From contig CANLAE010000009.1 of the NCBI GenBank assembly GCA_947488765.1, positions 26,045 through 90,044 of the forward strand: DNA of 64,000 nucleotides. The letters run 5' to 3'. This document shows positions 1 to 11,178 of this stretch, one piece after another. A program made the translations under genes and the position numbers. The DNA comes from Chitinophagaceae bacterium. Lineage in GTDB: Bacteria; Bacteroidota; Bacteroidia; Chitinophagales; Chitinophagaceae. The notes under the pieces are model-generated. The model ran no database searches. It was not told the DNA's origin and was given only the letters and a program-made list of their open reading frames with translations. Numbering within the stretch: the stretch's first letter is position 1; the number at the start of each line of letters is the position of its first letter.

Positions 1-221
1 AAAGAATAATGCAACTATATTTTATAAAAAAGAAAGCTTTTTGTAAGTTAACTGATAAAGAAAATGGAAGAAGATTAATTACAAATTATTTTTCATCAGC
101 CGCCAGTTAGTATGTTAATTATTGAGCATTGATTTATTATTAGGTATCCGCATTTTAAAACAATTTAAATCTGAATTGGAATAATTTATTCAGATAAAAA
201 ATATTCTAATGCTTGCAATTC

Positions 222-251
222 TTGTATTTTCTATCAAAAACCCTACTTTTG
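222..251 (+). promoter_or_regulatory. Candidate Bacteroidota-type promoter for tRNA-Leu (-33 TTG / -7 TAnnTTTG)
   Basis: TTG at 222-224, a 19-nt spacer, then TACTTTTG at 244-251, about 30 nt upstream of the tRNA 5' end. This matches the published Bacteroides/Flavobacterium consensus TTG-N19-TAnnTTTG. It is a sequence match only. Confidence 0.35.
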
Positions 252-280
252 CTCTCCCTAAGTCAAAATGAGGCAACCAA

Positions 281-365
281 GCGGGTGTGGTGAAATTGGT
301 AGACACGCTAGACTTAGGATCTAGTGCCGCGAGGCATGGGGGTTCGAGTCCCTCCACCCGCACCA
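281..365 (+). tRNA. tRNA-Leu (anticodon TAG), class II with long variable arm, CCA encoded
   Basis: Acceptor stem GCGGGTG (281-287) pairs with CACCCGC (355-361), followed by discriminator A and CCA. The anticodon stem CTAGA/TCTAG encloses loop CTTAGGA, giving anticodon TAG. T-arm is GGGGGTTCGAGTCCCTC. The long variable arm is typical of tRNA-Leu. Confidence 0.9.
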
Positions 366-381
366 ATTAAAAGTTGATATG

Positions 382-417
382 TTGAGAGGTTGATAGACTA
401 ACACTCTTCAATTTTTT
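382..417 (+). terminator. Candidate intrinsic terminator after tRNA-Leu
   Basis: Stem TTGAGAG (382-388) pairs with CTCTTCAA (404-411, one bulge), followed by TTTTTT (412-417). It is nested in an outer AT-rich pairing of AAAAGTTGATA (369-379) with TATCAACTTTT (421-431), which is also followed by T-runs. Confidence 0.4.
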
Positions 418-474
418 ACTTATCAACTTTTTTATTTTTTATAACTTTTAATTACCATAGAAAAAGCAAAAAAA

Positions 475-1845
475 ATGGCAACAGTTACCAGAGAAAACAT
501 CGCTAATCTTACTGATAAACTTACAGTAAACCTTACAAAGGAAGACTACTATAACAGTTTTGAACAAAATTTAAAAAAGTATGCTAAGACAGCAAATATA
601 CCTGGCTTTAGAAAAGGAATGGTTCCTGCAGGTCTTGTAAAGAAAATGCATGGTGCAAGCGTATTTCAGGAAGAAGTATTAAGAATGGTTGAAACCAAAT
701 TGAATGAATATTTAAACAATGAGAAGTTAGACATATTTGCGCAGCCACTTCCATTGGACATGAATGCTGGTCAATTAGATATGAACAATCCTTCTGATTA
801 TTCATTTTCATTTGAAGTAGGGTTAAAGCCAACTTTTTCAATTGATACAACTAAAATTCCTGTAACAAAATACAATGTACAAGTTACTGATGAAATGGTA
901 CAATCGGAAGTAGAAAGACTGCAAACCCGCTATGGTACTATGTCTGAGCCTGAAACAGTTGACAGTGAAGAAAACGTATTGAATGTAACTTTTACCGAAA
1001 TAGATGCAGAAGGTAATGTGTTGGAAGGCGGTATTAATAAAGCGAACAGTTTGTTGGTTAAATATTTTGCGCCTGCTTATCGTGCTAATTTATTGGGCAA
1101 AAAGAAAGATGATGTAGTTGATCTTCATTTGGCTACAGCTTTTGAAGATAAAGAATTAGAAGTAGTTTTAGAAGATTTGGGATTGGAAAAAAACACTCCA
1201 GGTGTTGCTGATAAAAACTTTAAGTTAACCATTACTAAAATTGGTTTGGTAACGAAAGCAGCAATGGATGAAGCTTTTTTCAAAGCAGCATTTCCAAGCA
1301 AAGAAGTAAACAGCGAGGCTGAATTAAAAACAGCTGTTAAAGAAGATATTGAAGCACATTTTGCTGCGCAAAGTCGCAACCAAATTCATGATCAAATTTA
1401 CCATCACTTATTAGATCATACAACAATTGCATTGCCGGAAAATTTCTTAAAGCGCTGGATTCAAACAGGTGGTGAAAAACCAAAAACAGCAGCAGAAGCA
1501 GAAACTGAGTTTCCTTCGTTTAGTAATAGTTTAAAGTGGACGCTAATCAGTACACAATTAGCAGACGAAAATAAAATAGAAGTATTACCGGAAGATATTC
1601 GTGGGTTTGCAAAAACACAATTGTTCCAATACATGGGCGGACAATTAGGGATGATGGGTGATAACCAACAATGGATTGAAGATTATGCAGACCGCATGAT
1701 GAAAGATAAAAAATTTGTTGAAGACAGCTACCACCGTATCAGTGCAGAAAAATTATTTACTCTTTTAGAAAATCAGGTTAAAACAAAAGATGAAAGCATC
1801 AGTGCTGAAGATTTTGCAGCCAAATTGCATAATCACCACCATTAA
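475..1845 (+). CDS. tig: Trigger factor (ribosome-associated chaperone / PPIase)
   Basis: 456 aa. The N-terminal ribosome-binding signature NIPGFRKGMVP is typical of trigger factor, and length and overall layout fit. The start context is A-rich. Confidence 0.9.
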   Translation: MATVTRENIANLTDKLTVNLTKEDYYNSFEQNLKKYAKTANIPGFRKGMVPAGLVKKMHGASVFQEEVLRMVETKLNEYLNNEKLDIFAQPLPLDMNAGQLDMNNPSDYSFSFEVGLKPTFSIDTTKIPVTKYNVQVTDEMVQSEVERLQTRYGTMSEPETVDSEENVLNVTFTEIDAEGNVLEGGINKANSLLVKYFAPAYRANLLGKKKDDVVDLHLATAFEDKELEVVLEDLGLEKNTPGVADKNFKLTITKIGLVTKAAMDEAFFKAAFPSKEVNSEAELKTAVKEDIEAHFAAQSRNQIHDQIYHHLLDHTTIALPENFLKRWIQTGGEKPKTAAEAETEFPSFSNSLKWTLISTQLADENKIEVLPEDIRGFAKTQLFQYMGGQLGMMGDNQQWIEDYADRMMKDKKFVEDSYHRISAEKLFTLLENQVKTKDESISAEDFAAKLHNHHH

Positions 1846-1871
1846 TTTTTCTTGAAATATAATATTGTAAT

Positions 1872-1897
1872 GGCTGCTTTAAAAGCAGCCGTTTTTT
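1872..1897. terminator. Bidirectional intrinsic terminator between convergent tig and the P-type ATPase
   Basis: GGCTGCTT (1872-1879) pairs with AAGCAGCC (1883-1890), followed by GTTTTTT. The upstream side is A-rich, so it can serve both strands. Confidence 0.6.
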
Positions 1898-1906
1898 ATT
1901 AAAATA

Positions 1907-4399
1907 TTATCTGCTTCTTTTCCAAAACTTAACTATTTCATACCATACCACACAAACAAATCCTGCACACAAACAAATTAGTAATTGATTCGTGTTCAGG
2001 TTTTCAAACTCAAAAAATGTTGTCAATGGTTGAATAAATAATAACAACGCAGAAATAGCAATTGTAATTGCTATTATGATACCTACTAAATTATTCTTGT
2101 ATTGAAGTGTTGTAAATATTGAAAAATAAAATGACCGATTTACTAGTGTAAGAAAAATATTTGCTGTAATTAGAACGGTGAATACCATCGTTCTGGTAAC
2201 TGCTTCATTCAAACCCTCATGAACCGCAAATTGATACACACTTAAAGTTCCTAGTGTAATGATTATTCCTTGAATGATACTTGTGATTAGCTCTTTCCAG
2301 TTAAAAAAACTTGTTGTAAATGGTCTGGGTTTTTGCAACATTGTATTCTTTTCTATTGGCTCATTTTCGTAAATAATAGAACAGGTAGGGCCCATAATTA
2401 ACTCCAGAAAAATTATGTGTACAGGTGAAAAAATATTAGGGTATTTCCAACCCAAAGCCAAAGGAATAAATACTGTAAGTATAATAGGAATGTGAATAGA
2501 AATGATGTATTGAATTGCTTTTTTAAGATTGGTATAAATACGTCTGCCCATTGCTATTGCTTCAACCATTTTAGATAAATCATCTTCCACTAATATCAAT
2601 GCAGCAGCGCCTTTTGCTATTTCTGTTCCTCGTTTTCCCATAGCAATACCAATATGTGCAGCCTTTAATGCTGGACCATCATTTACGCCATCGCCGGTCA
2701 TTGCAACGATTTCTTTTTTCGCTTTTAATGCATTGATGATTTTCATTTTTGCATCGGGAAACATTCTGGTAAATATGTTGGTGCTGATTACTAATTCTTT
2801 TAACTGAGGTGCGTCTAAAGTCATTAATTCATCACCTGAAATATTTTTATCGTAATTTTTAAAACCTACTTGCTTTGCTATAGATGTTGTGGTAGCAGCA
2901 TTATCACCAGTAATTATTTTTACTGAAATACCTGCGTTATAAAAATTTTCCAAAACAACATGAATGTTTTTCTTTGGCGGATCATAAAAGGCAACCAACC
3001 CCTTGAAAGAAAAATTTAATACTTGTTGTGTTTTAGGAAAATCTTTCCCAGCAAATGTTGTGGTAGCTATTGCTAATATTCTATAGCCTTCCTTTGCAAG
3101 TGCATTCAGCGCATTTGTTATTTGTTGTTGTTGTTTAAATGATAAATTACAAATATTTAAAAAAGCCTCTGGAGCTCCTTTTGCCGCAATTATTCTATTC
3201 TTTTTATTGTCTTCAAAAACATGTGTCATCATGGGCGGCTTACCTGATAAAGGGTACTCATAAACCATTTTATAATTGGGTCTTTCATCTGTTGTATTAA
3301 GTAAAGTGTAGGTTTCATGTAAAGCAACTTCCATTGGATCAAACGGAATTGGCTCACTGGCAAACATGGCTATTTTAATTAGTTCTTTTATTTCATTTGT
3401 AGTCATATTCACAGGATTATAAAACTGGTTGTCGGAAAGCAAATAAAGTTTGGCTAAACTCATTTTGTTTTCGGTGATTGTTCCTGTTTTATCTGTACAG
3501 ATGACGGTTGCACTTCCAAGTGTTTCTATGGTTTTCATTTGTTTTACAATGATGCCCATTTTCATTAATCGCCATGCACCCAAAGCCATAAATGTGGTAA
3601 ATGCAACCGGTATTTCTTCGGGTAAAATACTCATTGCTAGCGTGAGTGCTTTCAGTAAACTATCTAATATGTTTTTTGAATTTAAATAGTTGATAATCCA
3701 AACAATTACAAATACAATCGCCCCAATAATTACCATCTTTTTTACAAAGTTGTTTATCTGTAATTCTAATGGAGTTTTCTCTTCTTCAATATCTTCAATG
3801 CTTTTACCAACAGATCCTAATTTGGTTGAATTGCCGATGGCTGTAACTCTTGCAATTGCAAGTCCGCTGATAACAGTAGTACCTAAAAAAATTTGTGAAT
3901 TCGTTGTTGCATCTTTGAACACCGAAAAAGATTCTCCCGTTAAAATTGATTCATTTACAGAAAAATCATTGGAATGAATAATAGTTGCATCTGCAGGAAT
4001 CAGGCTTCCTTCTTCAACAATAATGCTATCGCCAATAACCAACTCTTCTCTCTTTATTTCTTCAATATTGCCATTTCTGATAACCTTGCTGTATGATTGT
4101 GTAAATTTTTTTAATTTTTGTAATGCGTTTCTGCTTCTCGAATCCTGAATGAGTGAGATAGCTGAAACAATTACAATTGCAGAGATCATAAAAAAACCAT
4201 CACCACTTTTTCCGCTGATAAAATAAATAGCAGCAGCCGATATCAACATCAAAATCATTGGTTCCTTTACTAGATTTTTTATTGCCTCCCAAATTGTGTT
4301 TTCTTTTTTATATTCCAGTTTGTTTTCACCAAATTTTTCTCTGGAATCTTTTACCTGAGCTGTATTTAACCCTGAAATATTAAATGTATGGTTTGACAT
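1907..4399 (-). CDS. P-type cation-transporting ATPase (type II, Ca2+/Mg2+-ATPase-like)
   Basis: 830 aa. It carries the phosphorylation motif CTDKTGTITEN, the hinge motif TGDGVNDGPALK, a TGES actuator motif and multiple C-terminal TM helices. Confidence 0.9.
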   Translation of the reverse strand: MSNHTFNISGLNTAQVKDSREKFGENKLEYKKENTIWEAIKNLVKEPMILMLISAAAIYFISGKSGDGFFMISAIVIVSAISLIQDSRSRNALQKLKKFTQSYSKVIRNGNIEEIKREELVIGDSIIVEEGSLIPADATIIHSNDFSVNESILTGESFSVFKDATTNSQIFLGTTVISGLAIARVTAIGNSTKLGSVGKSIEDIEEEKTPLELQINNFVKKMVIIGAIVFVIVWIINYLNSKNILDSLLKALTLAMSILPEEIPVAFTTFMALGAWRLMKMGIIVKQMKTIETLGSATVICTDKTGTITENKMSLAKLYLLSDNQFYNPVNMTTNEIKELIKIAMFASEPIPFDPMEVALHETYTLLNTTDERPNYKMVYEYPLSGKPPMMTHVFEDNKKNRIIAAKGAPEAFLNICNLSFKQQQQITNALNALAKEGYRILAIATTTFAGKDFPKTQQVLNFSFKGLVAFYDPPKKNIHVVLENFYNAGISVKIITGDNAATTTSIAKQVGFKNYDKNISGDELMTLDAPQLKELVISTNIFTRMFPDAKMKIINALKAKKEIVAMTGDGVNDGPALKAAHIGIAMGKRGTEIAKGAAALILVEDDLSKMVEAIAMGRRIYTNLKKAIQYIISIHIPIILTVFIPLALGWKYPNIFSPVHIIFLELIMGPTCSIIYENEPIEKNTMLQKPRPFTTSFFNWKELITSIIQGIIITLGTLSVYQFAVHEGLNEAVTRTMVFTVLITANIFLTLVNRSFYFSIFTTLQYKNNLVGIIIAITIAISALLLFIQPLTTFFEFENLNTNQLLICLCAGFVCVVWYEIVKFWKRSR

Positions 4400-4702
4400 A
4401 TTTTGTAATAAGCTATAACATAATAAAGACGATAATAGCTACAATCACTGTCTTTATTCGTTGAAATAATTTTGTTGAATTGAGTAATCCGCAACTATAT
4501 GAAAGTTAAGAAATATTCCTGATGAAAAATTGTATGATAGTGTTAATCTAAAAAAATCAAGAGTGATTATTTTGCCTTTATTTTTTTTCTTGTTACTTTA
4601 GCGTTTCAATGATGATTATAAAACCTATAAAGCTTAGCAAAAAAAACTACTCAATTGAGGAAGTCGCCTAACGCTTTGTATGATAAACATAAATAAAGTT
4701 GA

Positions 4703-4736
4703 AAAGCCTTCCAATGAAACGGGAAGGCTTTTTTTT
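4703..4736 (+). terminator. Intrinsic-terminator-like hairpin in the asd 5' leader (possible attenuator or end of a small transcript)
   Basis: AAAGCCTTCC (4703-4712) pairs with GGAAGGCTTT (4722-4731), followed by a run of 8 T (4729-4736, the first three shared with the stem). It lies 157 nt upstream of the asd ATG, and no annotated + strand gene sits upstream of it. Confidence 0.55.
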
Positions 4737-4892
4737 GAAATTGATGGAACGTTGATGTTTTGTATAGAACGCAGATTAAATAGATTGAGCAGGTAATCGC
4801 AGATTTTTATATCCATGCTATCTGTATTATCTGTGAGAAATAATTTTTGTTCCAAAAAAAATAAATTATAACCAATAAAATAAAACCAAAAA

Positions 4893-5882
4893 ATGAAAGT
4901 AGCAGTTGTAGGAGCCACTGGCTTAGTAGGCACAAAAATGTTGCAAGTACTAGCCGAAAGAAATTTTAATGTAACAGAATTAGTTCCCGTAGCAAGTGAA
5001 AGAAGTGTTGGTAAAGAAGTAGATTTTAAAGGAAATAGATATACAATCGTAAGCATGCAAGACGGAATTGCTGCCAAACCCGCTGTCGCAATTTTTAGCG
5101 CAGGTGGCAGTACTAGTTTGGAGTGGGCACCACAATATGCAGCTGCAGGAATCACTGTGATTGATAATAGTAGTGCCTGGCGTATGGATCCTTCTAAAAA
5201 ATTGGTTGTACCCGAAGTAAATGCCGGAGTATTAACTGCTAATGATAAAATTATTGCAAACCCAAATTGCAGTACAATTCAAATGGTGGTGGCATTACAG
5301 CCATTGCATGTAAAATATAAAATCAAAAGAGTTGTGGTGTCTACCTACCAAAGTGTTACAGGCACTGGAAAAGCAGCGGTTGACCAGTTGTTTAATGAGC
5401 GCAAAGGAGTTGAAGGTCCAATGGCATATAAATACCAGATTGATTTAAATGTGATTCCACAAATTGATGTGTTTTTAGAAAACGGGTATACCAAAGAAGA
5501 AATGAAAATGGTGAAAGAAACTTGTAAGATTATGCAGGATGATAACATCAAAGTAACAGCTACTACGGTTCGTATTCCGGTAGTAGGCGGACATAGTGAA
5601 AGCATCAATGTAGAGTTTGAAAACGAGTATGATTTAGAAGAAGTGAAAACAATATTAGCAAACGCACCGGGCGTTGTATTACAGCAAGATGATGCCACAC
5701 AATTTTATCCAATGCCATTATGGGCACATGAAAAAGACGAAGTATTTGTAGGCAGACTGAGAAGAGATGAAACACAGCCAAAGTCTTTAAACATGTGGGT
5801 TGTAAGCGATAACTTGCGCAAAGGCGCTGCAACCAATGCAGTACAAATTGCCGAGTATCTGGTACAGAAAGGGTTGTTGTAA
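4893..5882 (+). CDS. asd: Aspartate-semialdehyde dehydrogenase
   Basis: 329 aa. N-terminal Rossmann motif VAVVGATGLVG, active-site region IIANPNCSTI, and C-terminal DNLRKGAA typical of Asd. Confidence 0.95.
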   Translation: MKVAVVGATGLVGTKMLQVLAERNFNVTELVPVASERSVGKEVDFKGNRYTIVSMQDGIAAKPAVAIFSAGGSTSLEWAPQYAAAGITVIDNSSAWRMDPSKKLVVPEVNAGVLTANDKIIANPNCSTIQMVVALQPLHVKYKIKRVVVSTYQSVTGTGKAAVDQLFNERKGVEGPMAYKYQIDLNVIPQIDVFLENGYTKEEMKMVKETCKIMQDDNIKVTATTVRIPVVGGHSESINVEFENEYDLEEVKTILANAPGVVLQQDDATQFYPMPLWAHEKDEVFVGRLRRDETQPKSLNMWVVSDNLRKGAATNAVQIAEYLVQKGLL

Positions 5883-5901
5883 AATAGATTTTTAGAAAAC
5901 T

Positions 5902-5949
5902 AAAAGCGAATTATTTTTTCATTTTTTTGAATTTGTGATTCGCTTTTTT
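5902..5949 (+). terminator. Candidate terminator after asd
   Basis: AAAAGCGAAT (5902-5911) pairs with ATTCGCTTTT (5938-5947) and a T-run follows. The loop is large (26 nt), so confidence is moderate. Confidence 0.4.
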
Positions 5950-5990
5950 ATGTATAGATATGAGCCAATGTACTTTTATGAGCTGTATTG

Positions 5991-6003
5991 GCGTCGCACA
6001 CTT
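5991..6003 (-). repeat. Copy 1 (inverted) of GC-rich intergenic core AAGTGTGCGACGC
   Basis: The + strand reads GCGTCGCACACTT, which is the reverse complement of the core seen at 6732-6744 and 41623-41635. It lies about 20 nt beyond the stop of the 6024-6554 gene. Confidence 0.6.
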
Positions 6004-6023
6004 CGGCGGTATAACTTTATTGG

Positions 6024-6554
6024 TTATTCAATAAACTCACCCTTCTCATTTGTTTTTATACGTAATCTTTTGCTTCCGTTTTCTAATAATAATTTATAAA
6101 TCTTCTTGGTTGGGTTTTTTGAATCGGTATAATAATTGACCAAATAAAAATCTTTTGTTATTGACCATTCAGGATATTTTTTGGATACTGCTTCACGTAC
6201 ACTTGGCGGCAAACCAACGTTTTTAAATCTTTCGGCAGTTCGTATTATTCTTCCTTCTTTATCATACGTAGCAAGAATTTCACCTTTAGGAATATTAAAT
6301 GAGATAATGTATTCATCATATTCTTCTTCATAAAATTCTGAACTTTTTATGTCATAATTTGCTGAATGTTTTTGCAGCATTTTTACTGGCTGGGCTGCAT
6401 TGGTATCATTTATTGATTTTAAATATTTATAGTTATAACTTATAACAGTTACAGCAGGTAAAGTATCCTGAGCAAATAATTGAATGCCCCATACCATAAA
6501 TAATAAACCAATCATTGATACAATTTTTAATTGTTTTTTTCTTGAAGTTGCCAT
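6024..6554 (-). CDS. Hypothetical secreted protein (signal peptide; C-terminal region PepSY-like by eye)
   Basis: 176 aa. The N-terminus MATSRKKQLKIVSMIGLLFMVWGIQLFAQ looks like a signal peptide. The C-terminal LPPSVREAVSKKYPEW...YKLLLENG pattern resembles PepSY-like beta-lactamase-inhibitor-like repeats. The family call is weak. Confidence 0.55.
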   Translation of the reverse strand: MATSRKKQLKIVSMIGLLFMVWGIQLFAQDTLPAVTVISYNYKYLKSINDTNAAQPVKMLQKHSANYDIKSSEFYEEEYDEYIISFNIPKGEILATYDKEGRIIRTAERFKNVGLPPSVREAVSKKYPEWSITKDFYLVNYYTDSKNPTKKIYKLLLENGSKRLRIKTNEKGEFIE

Positions 6555-6728
6555 TGTTTTTAAGATTTTAGTAAATAATAAAGTTTCCCTTTTTACTCTT
6601 TTTAAAATTGAATATTAAAGCTATTATGACAGATAAGTAAAGTAAATGACAGCAGTCAATCATAAATATGTTTGTAATTTTTAAAGGATAAATAGGACTA
6701 CAATAAAAAGTTGAATATGGTATAATCG

Positions 6729-6744
6729 TACAAGTGTGCGACGC
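6729..6744 (+). repeat. Copy 2 of intergenic element, core TACAAGTGTGCGACGC
   Basis: This 16-nt string is identical to 41620-41635. Flanks of about 25 nt upstream and 45 nt downstream show looser similarity (GGTATAAT vs GGATATAT; AACGATG vs AACGTTG; TATACTCCTGACGG vs GATACTGCCGGG). Confidence 0.6.
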
Positions 6745-6967
6745 AACGATGCTTCACCTTTATACTCCTGACGGAAACATCATTACTTATTTGCCCAAAG
6801 CATAGAAAAAATTACAATAGTTAAGACTAATTTTTACATTCAGCAAAAGCACCAATATGGTTGCTGTTGTTGGCAAGTTCTATTTTTATTACAGTTTGGA
6901 TTACAATTTTTTACCTTAACAATCAATTGATAAAAGTTAAAAAGCTAGGACTAATTTAACGGACAAA

Positions 6968-7630
6968 TTAACTTTCAATCCCTCTGTTTAAAAAATGAAT
7001 GAGCGGCTGCATCGCATCAAAAGCAGTAATAATTTTTTTTACTAAATCTTTTTGTATTAAGGCTTCATCTGCAACGTGTAAATGCGCAATAAAGCTTTTT
7101 AATTTTAAATATTCAATCGCCTCATTTGCTTCATCATAACCTTTGGGAGGACGGCTAAGGGCTTGGGTTTTATCAATATCTCCAAATTGTGCAACAAATT
7201 TTTTGGAGCTGATTATTTTTTGAAATTCATCAAAATTGTAATCAATTTCTTGTCGCACTTTTTTTAATTCAGGTGCTGGCGGCATCCAAATTCCGCCAGC
7301 AATAAAACTACCACCGGGCTCCAACTGAAAGTAGTAACCGGCGAGCATAGATTTTTTACCGCCTTTGTTGAAACTAGCGCCCATATTGGATTTGTAAGGA
7401 GATTTGTCCTTGCTAAAACGAACATCTCTGTTGATACGAAATACACATTGCTTTGGTTCTAACCCTTGCAGTGAAATATCTTTTAATTGCATTTCGTGCA
7501 AAATTTCATTTACCAAATTCAGAAAATCTGCTTTGGCATTTTCATACAATTTTCTGTTTACATCAAACCACTCTCTATTGTTGTTTTTCTTTAGTTCTTC
7601 TAAAAATTTGATGGTAGTTGTTTGCAACAT
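6968..7630 (-). CDS. DUF2461 / TIGR02453 family protein
   Basis: 220 aa. NNREWF near the N-terminus and RINRDVRFSKDKSPYK are hallmark motifs of this family. Confidence 0.8.
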   Translation of the reverse strand: MLQTTTIKFLEELKKNNNREWFDVNRKLYENAKADFLNLVNEILHEMQLKDISLQGLEPKQCVFRINRDVRFSKDKSPYKSNMGASFNKGGKKSMLAGYYFQLEPGGSFIAGGIWMPPAPELKKVRQEIDYNFDEFQKIISSKKFVAQFGDIDKTQALSRPPKGYDEANEAIEYLKLKSFIAHLHVADEALIQKDLVKKIITAFDAMQPLIHFLNRGIES

Positions 7631-7639
7631 ATTTTTTAT

Positions 7640-8809
7640 TTACAGTTCAATTAAACTGGTTGTGGCAATGATGTCTTTTAATGCAGATGCCAATACATCT
7701 AAATCCTGTTGTGTATTAAATGCCTGAATCGAATAACGTAAATACACTTTGTCTGCATGTCGCATCACAGGGATTTCAATTTTATATTGATTATACAACA
7801 AAGATTTTAGTTTTTCTGGTTCAGCTGTTTTAATAGGTGTACTGTAAAGTTGCACTAAAAAATCATCACTAATAGGAGCAAGTGGTTCTGCATTTAAAAT
7901 GCTACAAATATTGTGTGCATTGGCTTTTACAAGTTCTCTGCATTGGGCAGCTACAAGATGCCAATTATTTTCCTGCATAAATTGAATGGCAGTTGGTGTG
8001 GTAAGAAATGCAGAAAAATCTCTTGTTCCATTCAATTGATGGTAATCTAAAAATTGCGAATGAGAAGGAAATGCACTTTCATAACCCCAGCTGATTACCA
8101 ATGGATCGAATAAAGACTGGTATTGTTTTTTTACATACAAAAATGAATTTCCTTTTGGCGTCATCATCCATTTATGACAAGCACCCGTATAAATATCTGC
8201 TTGTAAAGTTTGCAGGTTCAATGGTACTTGGGCAGGAGCATGAGCGCCATCTACAAAAGTGATTAATCCTTTTGATTTTGCAATGGCACAAATTTCTTCA
8301 ACGGGTAATCTTATTCCTGTAGAACTGGTGATATGGTTGATGAAAACCATTTTGGTTTTTGGTGATAAACCTTTAAAAAAATTGGCAACGAAATCTTCTT
8401 TTGTAGTTAAAGGAAAAGTAGTTGGAACACGAATTAATTTAGCACCAACTTTTTTGCAATAGTAACTCCAGGTTTTATCACAAGCACCATATTCTAAATC
8501 GGTGGTGAGAATTTCATCGTCTTTTTTAAGATCAAAGCTTTTTGCAATTGTATTTACAGCATAAGACGGATTGGTAACATAAACAACATCATCGGCATCG
8601 CAGCCAATGTAGTTTGCCAATGCTGTTCGGGATTGTTTTAAATACTCCAAACCCTTTACTGTAATGAATTGTACGGGTTCTTGTTCTAATTCTAATTGGT
8701 ATTGCTGGTATCTTTCAAACACAGGTTTTACACAAGCACCAAATGAACCAAAGTTTAAAAAGGTGATGTTTGGGTTTAATAAAAACTGGCTTGATAAATG
8801 CGTATTCAT
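7640..8809 (-). CDS. Aminotransferase class V-fold PLP-dependent enzyme (epimerase / cysteine-desulfurase-like)
   Basis: The maximal ORF runs to 8848 with a TTG start. ATG at 8807-8809 (MNTHLSS...) is the more likely start. The GACHKWMMTPKG region carries the PLP-lysine context of class V enzymes. Confidence 0.8.
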   Translation of the reverse strand: MNTHLSSQFLLNPNITFLNFGSFGACVKPVFERYQQYQLELEQEPVQFITVKGLEYLKQSRTALANYIGCDADDVVYVTNPSYAVNTIAKSFDLKKDDEILTTDLEYGACDKTWSYYCKKVGAKLIRVPTTFPLTTKEDFVANFFKGLSPKTKMVFINHITSSTGIRLPVEEICAIAKSKGLITFVDGAHAPAQVPLNLQTLQADIYTGACHKWMMTPKGNSFLYVKKQYQSLFDPLVISWGYESAFPSHSQFLDYHQLNGTRDFSAFLTTPTAIQFMQENNWHLVAAQCRELVKANAHNICSILNAEPLAPISDDFLVQLYSTPIKTAEPEKLKSLLYNQYKIEIPVMRHADKVYLRYSIQAFNTQQDLDVLASALKDIIATTSLIEL

Positions 8810-8853
8810 AAAATTATTTGATTCAGTTCTGATAAAAAGAAATTTCAATTATA

Positions 8854-10989
<2,136 letters not shown>

Positions 10990-11178
10990 TTAATTGCTTC
11001 ATTACAATTTCGATGTATTTATTCATTGATTTGGTTGAAATAGCACAAGAAGTGACACCTCGCCCCAAAACCTTTATTAATTTGATTTCAAAAAACACCA
11101 AAATATAAAGGGTAATCTATTGGAATTGTTTTTTAGCCCATTACTTTTAGCTTACTTTTACCTACTAATTACTTTTCT

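Noticed and set aside
3-110. Open + strand frame at the left edge (..KAFCKLTDKENGRRLITNYFSSAAS, stop at 108-110) that could be the 3' end of an upstream gene
   Set aside because: Only 35 codons are visible, with no recognisable motif, so it cannot be supported from this window.
281-474. tRNA-Leu as a possible integration hotspot for a genomic island
   Set aside because: The tRNA is followed directly by tig and other core genes. I saw no integrase and no repeat of the tRNA 3' end downstream in this window.
4422-4458. 9-bp AT-rich inverted repeat AATAAAGAC...GTCTTTATT upstream of the P-type ATPase
   Set aside because: The stem is short and AT-rich with a 19-nt loop, which is plausible by chance. 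There is no associated T-run or conserved motif.
4634-5155. 173-aa minus-strand ORF overlapping the asd 5' end and leader
   Set aside because: It is antisense to a confidently identified asd gene, has low-complexity hydrophobic content and no recognisable motif. It is a typical shadow ORF.
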